Assembly (NCBI GenBank): GCA_963845515.1
Contig: CAWJSR010000050.1
Span: forward strand, 32,001-96,000
Source of the DNA: an uncultured delta proteobacterium
GTDB taxonomy: Bacteria > Myxococcota > Myxococcia > Myxococcales > Anaeromyxobacteraceae
Length of the DNA stretch: 64,000 nucleotides
Direction of reading: 5' to 3'
Below the pieces are notes generated by a model. It was not told the DNA's origin. It saw nothing but the letters and a program-made list of their open reading frames with translations, and made no database searches. Shown in pieces: positions 57,750 through 64,000 of this stretch (positions within the stretch are counted from its first letter, which is position 1; each line of letters opens with the position of its first letter). Made by a program: the position numbers and the translations under genes.

Positions 57750-58517
57750 ATGCGGACTCGTTACGTCGACATCGACGATCGTCATCAGGACCTCGCTGAG
57801 AGAATGCGGGCCGAGCCGGCTGCGGCAGAGGACTTCCTGCACAAGTGGGATCTCTCGTGGCTCTACCACGAGAACGCGATGGAGGGGATCGTCTACTCCG
57901 AGACCGAGCTCCAGACCGCGATGGCCAACCAGCCGGTCGCCGACGCCGCGTTCCTGAGGGCGCTCCTCGAGATCCGCAACCACAAGAACGCGCTCGACCT
58001 CATCCGCTCGGAGGCCGGACAGAAGAAGCTCCGGATCAACCTCACGACGGTGAAGAAGCTCTACGAGACGCTGGGCGAGGGGATCGAGGGGCGCAGCGTC
58101 GCCGAGTACCGGAGCGAGATGCCGCTGCACCGGGCCTACTACCACGAGATCGCGCAGCCGGCCCGGATCGCCGGCCTGCTCGCCAAGCTCTGCGATCAGG
58201 CCGAGTCCTCGGAGCAGCGCAACGCGCACCCCATCCAGCGCGCCATCAGGATCCACCACGGGTTCATGCAGATCTTCCCGTTCACGGAGAACTCGGGCCG
58301 TGTGGCGCGCCTCCTGTCGAACCTGATCCTGATCGGCGCGGGCTACCTCCCGGTCATCGTCCACGCGACCGACCGGCAGCGCTACTACGACTCGTTCCGC
58401 CTCCCCGAGACGGCGCTCCGCGAGCTGACGATGGAGGCGATCGAGAACGGGCTCGTCCACGCCGAGAAGATCTTCGCCTGGGTCCAGCCTGCGCGCGCCC
58501 GCAAGGCCGTGCGGTAA
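57750..58517 (+). CDS. Fic-family protein with a degenerate catalytic motif
   Basis: YHENAMEGI N-terminal helix; HPIQRAIRIHHGFMQIFPFTENSGRVARLLSNLIL; DRQRYYDS. Confidence 0.88.
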   Translation: MRTRYVDIDDRHQDLAERMRAEPAAAEDFLHKWDLSWLYHENAMEGIVYSETELQTAMANQPVADAAFLRALLEIRNHKNALDLIRSEAGQKKLRINLTTVKKLYETLGEGIEGRSVAEYRSEMPLHRAYYHEIAQPARIAGLLAKLCDQAESSEQRNAHPIQRAIRIHHGFMQIFPFTENSGRVARLLSNLILIGAGYLPVIVHATDRQRYYDSFRLPETALRELTMEAIENGLVHAEKIFAWVQPARARKAVR

Positions 58518-58600
58518 CCGCCCGTAAAGGGGGGCCGAGCGGGTGGTCACGCCCCGGGCGTGGCGGCGCGCCGTCGGCAGGTGTATAGCCTTGCCCCCTC

Positions 58601-59428
58601 ATGCTCCTCGGGGCACACGAAGGTATCGCTGGAGGGGTCTCGACCGCGTTCGCGCGGGCCGAGGCCGACGGCTGCGAGTGTGTCCAGATCTTCACCCGGA
58701 ACGCGCGCGGCTGGGCGGCGAAGCCCCTCGAGCCCGACGAGGTGGAGCGCTTTCGCGCCGAGCGGAAGCGGACCGGCTTCCCGGTCGCCGCGCACGCCAG
58801 CTACCTCGTCAACGCCGCCGCCGCGGACCCCGAGATCCGCAAGAAGAGCTGGGACGCGCTCGCGGAGGAGCTCGCGCGCTGCGAGGCGCTGGGCGTCCCG
58901 CAGCTCATCTTCCACCCCGGCAGCAACCCCGACGAGGCCGAGGGGATCCGGATCGCCGGCGACGGCATGACCCAGGCGCTAGAGCGCGTGCCGGGCAAGG
59001 TGAGGTTGCTCATCGAGACGACCGCCGGCCAGGGGGCCTCGCTGGGCTGGCGGTTCGAGCAGCTCGCCGCGCTCCGCGAGGCGGTCCCCGGCGCCACCCG
59101 GCGCCGCGTCGCCTTCTGCCTCGACACCTGCCACGTCTTCGCCGCCGGCTACGACCTCTCCACCCCCGCGGCCTACGCCATGACCATGGAGGAGCTGGAC
59201 CGGACCGCCGGCCTCTCCAACGTCCACGCGTTCCACCTAAACGACGCGAAGCGCCCGCTCGGCAGCCGCGTCGATCGTCACGAGCACATCGGGCAGGGCG
59301 AGCTCGGGACCGAGCCCTTCCGGCACCTGGTGAACGACGCACGCTTCGCAGACCACCCGGGCTTCCTCGAGACCGAGGAGCGCTACCCGGAGAACCTCGC
59401 AGTCCTCCGCAGGCTCGTCCGCCGATGA
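58601..59428 (+). CDS. nfo: Endonuclease IV
   Basis: LGAHE, HASYLVN, FHPG, ETTAGQG, DTCH, HLND, DRHEHIG. Confidence 0.96.
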   Translation: MLLGAHEGIAGGVSTAFARAEADGCECVQIFTRNARGWAAKPLEPDEVERFRAERKRTGFPVAAHASYLVNAAAADPEIRKKSWDALAEELARCEALGVPQLIFHPGSNPDEAEGIRIAGDGMTQALERVPGKVRLLIETTAGQGASLGWRFEQLAALREAVPGATRRRVAFCLDTCHVFAAGYDLSTPAAYAMTMEELDRTAGLSNVHAFHLNDAKRPLGSRVDRHEHIGQGELGTEPFRHLVNDARFADHPGFLETEERYPENLAVLRRLVRR

Positions 59429-60516
59429 CCGCCCCCAGGAAGACCTCCCGCGCCGTGCGCGGCGCCAGGCAGGCGCGCGCCGCCGCCCGCGTCGTGAAGC
59501 TGCGCCGCGAGCGGCTCGACGAGCTCGTCGCCCTCGCGAAGGGGAGGCGGCGCGCGCTCATCCTGACGCACGACAACCCGGACCCCGACTCGATCGCGGG
59601 TGCCATCGGCCTCGGCTGGCTCCTCAAGCGGCTGGCGCGTGTCGAGTCGACGGTGGCGTACGGCGGCATCATCGGCCGCGCCGAGAACAAGGCGCTCGTC
59701 AAGGTGCTCCACCTCCCCCTCACCCCGGTCTCGCGCGTCGCCTTCGACGAGTTCGACCTGATCTGCATGGTCGACACGCAGCCCGACCAGGGGAACCACT
59801 CGCTGCCTGCCGGCGTGGTACCCGACGTCATCATCGACCACCACCCGCGCCGTCCCGAGACCGCGCGCGCGCCGTTCGCCGACGTCGGCGGACCCATCGG
59901 CGCCTCGTCGACGGTGGTGGCCGAGTACGTGCGGGCGAGCGGCCTCCACCTCCCCCCGCGCATCGCCACGGCCCTCTTCTACGGGATCAAGGCCGACACC
60001 CGCGACCTCGGCAGGATGACCACGGCGCAGGACGTCGACGCCTACCTCTGGCTCTTCCCGCTGGCGGACAAGGACGCGCTCAGATCCATCGAGTACCCGC
60101 GCCTGCCCGCGGTCTACTTCCGGCTGCAGCACACCGCGCTCGAGCGGCTGGAGGTCTGGGGCGACGTGGCCATCGTCGACGTCGGAGACCTCTACGCCCC
60201 GGACATGGTGGCCGAGGTCGCGGAGCGCTTCCACCTGCTCGAGGGGACGCGCTGGGCGCTGGCGTTCGGCCGCTACGACAAGGCGCTCTGGTTCTCGCTC
60301 CGGACGAGCGACCTGCGCGCCAACGCCGGCCGGACCATCCGCCGCGTGATCGAGGAGCGCGGCGGAAGCGCCGGCGGCCACGGCTCCATGGCCGGCGCGC
60401 GGCTCCCGGTCGAGGGGCTCTCCATGGCCGCGGAGGGGCGGCTCAAGGCCGCCATCGTCCGCGCCTTCCTGCGCGCCCTCCGCGTGCGGGTGCGGAAGCC
60501 GAAGAAGCTGGTGTAG
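59425..60516 (+). CDS. DHH-family phosphoesterase (DHH + DHHA1)
   Basis: THDNPDPDS, VDT, IDHH, GIKADT, GGHGSMAG; ATGA overlap with nfo. Confidence 0.92.
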   Translation: MTAPRKTSRAVRGARQARAAARVVKLRRERLDELVALAKGRRRALILTHDNPDPDSIAGAIGLGWLLKRLARVESTVAYGGIIGRAENKALVKVLHLPLTPVSRVAFDEFDLICMVDTQPDQGNHSLPAGVVPDVIIDHHPRRPETARAPFADVGGPIGASSTVVAEYVRASGLHLPPRIATALFYGIKADTRDLGRMTTAQDVDAYLWLFPLADKDALRSIEYPRLPAVYFRLQHTALERLEVWGDVAIVDVGDLYAPDMVAEVAERFHLLEGTRWALAFGRYDKALWFSLRTSDLRANAGRTIRRVIEERGGSAGGHGSMAGARLPVEGLSMAAEGRLKAAIVRAFLRALRVRVRKPKKLV

Positions 60517-60576
60517 CTCGGCTGCTCTCGAAGGACCTCTCGTACCAACGCCTGCGTCGAAGCGCGCGTGACTCAC

Positions 60577-60608
60577 GGAGGCCGGCGCGCGGGAGCGCGC
60601 CGGCCTCC
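60577..60608. terminator. Bidirectional hairpin between convergent genes
   Basis: GGAGGCCGGCGCGC-ggga-GCGCGCCGGCCTCC, perfect 14-bp stem. Confidence 0.65.
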
Positions 60609-60615
60609 CAGTCGC

Positions 60616-61701
60616 CTACGGGACGACTCGCACGGAGTCGACGCCGCGGATCGAGACGTTGTCCTGGGTCTTGCCCTCCAGCACCACCCGGGTGTCCGTG
60701 TCGGAGAGCACCAGCGCCTCGGAGTTCACCTGCAGGACGAGATCGGGGAAGCCGTCGCCGTTCACGTCCTCCAGGGCGATGGCCGGCGTCCCGCTTCCCC
60801 TGAGCCGGATCGGAGCGCTCGCGAGAGTGACCGTGAACGGATCGATCGTAGCTGCGTCGAACCTGGCCGAGCCGAGGATCGCCACCGTGACCACGCCATT
60901 CGAGCCGAGGTTGATCGCGTTGGGGAAGCTCCCCGGCTTCACGTCGATCGCGACTTCGATGGCAGCCGGGAACGGGTTCGCAGCGAGCGCGGCCACGTCG
61001 ACGTCGGACAGGATCGCGTCGTACGCGCGGAAGAGCGCGATACGTCCGTCGGCGTATTCGCCCTGCCCGCCGCCGACGACGTTGTCGAGGAAGAGGTTCA
61101 GGGCCGACCGCGGATTCGCGATGTCCATGACATGAGTCGTGGAGGTCGCGGTGAACTCGAGGCGTCCGTCGAGGTAGGCGCTGACCACGCCCGACGAGTC
61201 GTTCGTGAGGACGACGTGGTGAAACTCGCTGGTGGTGAATGGCGTCGTCCCGTCGGCCAGCGCGCCGTTCTCGTAGACCTCCACGAGCGACTGCGGCGAG
61301 ACGTAGAAGCCATTGTCCGACCCGCGATCCTGGACGTCGAGGATGCGCCGCCACGCACCGTTCGTCTCGACGAACTCGAACACCAGCTCGACCGAGTAGC
61401 GGTCCGGGGCGAGCAGCCCCGCCGTCGCGAGTGAGAGCCCCGCCTGCTCCTCGACCGGCATGTTGCCGTCGAACGAGTACACGCGACGCGACTGGCCGAG
61501 AACGACTGCGTCATCGAAGCGACCCAGCCCGAGCGGGTCCACCGGCTGGAGTGCCGGCGCGCCCGGCTCCATCGCGTCGAACGAGTCGTTGAACAGGTAG
61601 GTCGCCACGGCAGCCGGCGCGGCGACGGCCCGCGCTGCTCCGAAGACCAGGAAGGCCACGAACGTGGCGGTGATGCTCCTCGCGACGATGCAACGGACCA
61701 T
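60616..61701 (-). CDS. Secreted LamG/ConA-like jelly-roll protein with a C-terminal EF-hand/dockerin-like (EDVNGDGFPDLV) domain
   Basis: Signal peptide; YSVELVF, FHHVVLT, AYLDG, IALFRAYDAILS; IDVKPGSFPNAIN...VAILGS...EDVNGDGFPDLVL; RBS GGAGG. Confidence 0.8.
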   Translation of the reverse strand: MVRCIVARSITATFVAFLVFGAARAVAAPAAVATYLFNDSFDAMEPGAPALQPVDPLGLGRFDDAVVLGQSRRVYSFDGNMPVEEQAGLSLATAGLLAPDRYSVELVFEFVETNGAWRRILDVQDRGSDNGFYVSPQSLVEVYENGALADGTTPFTTSEFHHVVLTNDSSGVVSAYLDGRLEFTATSTTHVMDIANPRSALNLFLDNVVGGGQGEYADGRIALFRAYDAILSDVDVAALAANPFPAAIEVAIDVKPGSFPNAINLGSNGVVTVAILGSARFDAATIDPFTVTLASAPIRLRGSGTPAIALEDVNGDGFPDLVLQVNSEALVLSDTDTRVVLEGKTQDNVSIRGVDSVRVVP

Positions 61702-61911
61702 TTCTGCATTCCTCCCCGCGCCGTTCCACGGCGCATCGAGCGGCGCCCCCTGCCGCACCCCCGGCGAGGCGAAGAGCCACCGCGGTGTGTCCACGATGCG
61801 TGACACACTGCCACTGTCAGTCACGGAACGACAGTGCAAACGACGTGGCCGGTGAGCGCCGGCATCGGGGGTTGACCGAGGATGAGGCCGCGCCCGACCA
61901 GCCGGCCTCCG

Positions 61912-64000
61912 CTAGAGGATGGTCGATGCCCCGCCGTAGACGAGCCGGTACGCCCCGTAGCTCCCGAGGACGCGCTTCACGTACTCGCGGGTCTCCGCGG
62001 CCGGGATCTGCTCCACCCACTCGTCCACCTCCACGCGGGGCCGCGCGCGGATCCAGCGCCCCACCGCCGCGGGCCCGGCGTTGTACGCGGCCACGGCCCG
62101 CACCTTCGAGCCGTCGAGCTGCGCCAGGAGGTCGCCGAGGTACGCCGCGCCGAGGCGGATGTTCAGGTCGGGGCGCTGGAGTGCCGCCGTGGACACGGCC
62201 ACCCCGAGCCCGGCCGCCACCTCGCGGGCCGTCTGCGGCATGAGCTGGGTGAGGCCGATCGCGCCCGTCGACGAGCACGCCCGCGGGTTGAACAGGCTCT
62301 CCTCCCGCATCAGCCCCTGCAGGAGGTCGGGATCGATCCTGGAGGCCTTCGCCCAGCGCTCGACCTGCCGGCGGAATGGCCGCGGATACGTCGCCTGCCA
62401 GACCTCCGCCGTCCGCGCGTCCACTCCCCCAGTCAACTCGGCCCCGAGCGTGGTGCGGGCGACGTACGCGGCGGCCCGCTCGTGCCCCGTGCGCCCCAGG
62501 GCCTCCGTCAGGAGCCGCGCCGCGTCCTCTCCCAGGGCGCGGCGATCGACGGCGAGCAGCGCGGCCTCCGCACCCGGGAGCCCCATCCGCAGGAGCTCCA
62601 CACCGGCGAGGAAGCGCGGGTCGGTCCCCATCGACCCCGCCTCGAGCGGCCAGACCGACGCCTCGACGCACCGCGAAGGGGCGGCCTGGGGGGGCGCCGC
62701 CGCCGGGCCATCTGCTGCAAGCCGTCCACGGGCCAGCAGGCCGTACCAGCTCGCCGGCTGCTCGGCCGCGAGCGCGGCGAGCTCGGCCACGCCGGAAGGG
62801 TGCCGGTCCCCCAGCGTCCGGGCTCGCCAGTAACGCGCCCTGAGCCGCTGATCCCGCCCGAGCCCCGGCAGCCGCCCGAGGCGCTCGAACGCGGCGAGCG
62901 CGGCCTCCTGCGCACCGGCCGCCCGGCGCTGCCACGCGAGGAGGAAGAGCGCCTCGGGCGCGAAGTTGCCGGCCGCGTGGGTGGTCGCCACCCGCTCGAG
63001 TCGCTCCAGGGCCGCCGCCGATCGCCCATCGCGCAGCTCGAGCTCTGCGGCGAAGTAGAGCGCGTCGTCCGCGAAGGGGTGGGCCGGGTATTCGCCCGCC
63101 AGCGCGTCATACGTCCGGACGGCGTCCTGCCTCGCCACGATCGACTGGGAGTAGCCGAGCAGGTACATCGCCTGCGGCCGCTGCTCGGACGCCCTGCAGG
63201 CTTCGACCATCGGCGCGAACGCCGCGATCGCCTTGCGGTGCTGCCGCAGCTTCCGGAGCGCGCTGCCGACGACGAACCTCGCCCGGCAGGCGTGCTCGTC
63301 GGGCAGCGCCGTCTTCACCTGCAGCGCGAGCCGCATCGCCTCGGCGTTGTCGTGGAACGAGAGGAACGACTCGGCACGGGTGAGCCGCCACCTGTTCGGG
63401 GTCGGCAGCTCCCGCAGCCGGGCCCAGACGGTCTCCGCCTCGCGCGAGAGCGGGCTCGTCGCCCAGAGCTCGAGCATCGCGCGGTGCTCGCCCGGGTAGT
63501 CGCCCCGCTTCTGGCACAGCCGCGCAGCGGCGAGCAGCGCCCTTCGCCGCACCGCGTCGTTCCGAGGCGTCGCCGGGAGCGCGCGCAGGGGCGTGAGCGC
63601 CTCCAGCGCGGCGTCGAGATCGAGCGCGCGCTCGAGCACTCGCGACTGCGCGAGCCGGGCGTCGGCGAACAGGTTCGAGTCCGGCCTCACCTGCGCGTAC
63701 GCGGCGGCCGCGGCTCGGCGCTTGCGCAGCCGCTCGAGGGCGCTCGCGGCGTCGAAGAGGCAGTGGTCGCGCATCGCGGGGTAGTCGTCCGCGAGCGCCG
63801 TGAGCTCCTCCACCGCCGCCGCCGGATCTGCGCGCAGCGCCGCGAGCGCGCGCAGGTAGCGCACCGGTCGCGCTTCTCCTCGCAGCGCCGCGCGCGCCCT
63901 TGCGTGGCGTCCGCGGTCGAAGTGGGCCTTGGCCTCGGCGAGGGGGCCCGAGGCGAAGTACGGCGAGAGGTCGGCCTCCGCGTAGCTGCGGGTGACCTCC
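61912..64000 (-). CDS. TPR-containing soluble lytic transglycosylase (5' end outside the window)
   Basis: LMREESLFNP, GAIGLTQLMP, LNIRLGAAYL, AAYNAG, ETREYVKRV; frame open to the window edge. Confidence 0.93.
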   Translation of the reverse strand, partial: EVTRSYAEADLSPYFASGPLAEAKAHFDRGRHARARAALRGEARPVRYLRALAALRADPAAAVEELTALADDYPAMRDHCLFDAASALERLRKRRAAAAAYAQVRPDSNLFADARLAQSRVLERALDLDAALEALTPLRALPATPRNDAVRRRALLAAARLCQKRGDYPGEHRAMLELWATSPLSREAETVWARLRELPTPNRWRLTRAESFLSFHDNAEAMRLALQVKTALPDEHACRARFVVGSALRKLRQHRKAIAAFAPMVEACRASEQRPQAMYLLGYSQSIVARQDAVRTYDALAGEYPAHPFADDALYFAAELELRDGRSAAALERLERVATTHAAGNFAPEALFLLAWQRRAAGAQEAALAAFERLGRLPGLGRDQRLRARYWRARTLGDRHPSGVAELAALAAEQPASWYGLLARGRLAADGPAAAPPQAAPSRCVEASVWPLEAGSMGTDPRFLAGVELLRMGLPGAEAALLAVDRRALGEDAARLLTEALGRTGHERAAAYVARTTLGAELTGGVDARTAEVWQATYPRPFRRQVERWAKASRIDPDLLQGLMREESLFNPRACSSTGAIGLTQLMPQTAREVAAGLGVAVSTAALQRPDLNIRLGAAYLGDLLAQLDGSKVRAVAAYNAGPAAVGRWIRARPRVEVDEWVEQIPAAETREYVKRVLGSYGAYRLVYGGASTIL

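Noticed and set aside
56063..58517. CBASS or other anti-phage system around the patatin
   Set aside because: No CD-NTase or Cap genes; the context is housekeeping (glnE, nfo).

Overview
A very GC-rich (roughly 70%+ by eye) bacterial chromosomal window. Gene content and protein style suggest an Anaeromyxobacter-like myxobacterium (inference). Most of it is housekeeping DNA: partial trmJ-like gene, purC and purB; the rimP-nusA-ylxR-infB-DUF503-rbfA-truB-rpsO-pnp-dut cluster; xseAB-ispA-dxs-tlyA; hemE-hemN-hemH; lysS-lolC/E-lolD-bamA-skp-lpxD-fabZ-lpxA-lpxI; DUF4912-GH57-aldo/keto reductase; an Omp85-DUF4390-histidine kinase-(SDR)-sigma54 regulator cluster; and glnE-patatin-Fic-like-nfo-DHH, then a LamG protein and a partial TPR-lytic transglycosylase. 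There are accessory pockets at ~14.7-19.3 kb (HNH gene, XRE regulator, two broken nucleotidyltransferase copies, beta-barrel, lipoprotein, repeats resembling the tlyA 3' end), ~41.3-42.8 kb (Cys-ladder lipoprotein plus beta-barrel) and ~60.6-61.9 kb. A REP-like palindrome family is dispersed through the window. Three single-base indels (bamA, skp/lpxD, DUF4912) look like consensus errors. No tRNA, rRNA, CRISPR array, integrase or transposase was seen. The best candidates for undescribed biology are the tlyA-derived cassette-like repeat array, the His-less Fic protein beside glnE, the Omp85-coupled two-component system and the Cys-solenoid lipoprotein. All four are hypotheses.
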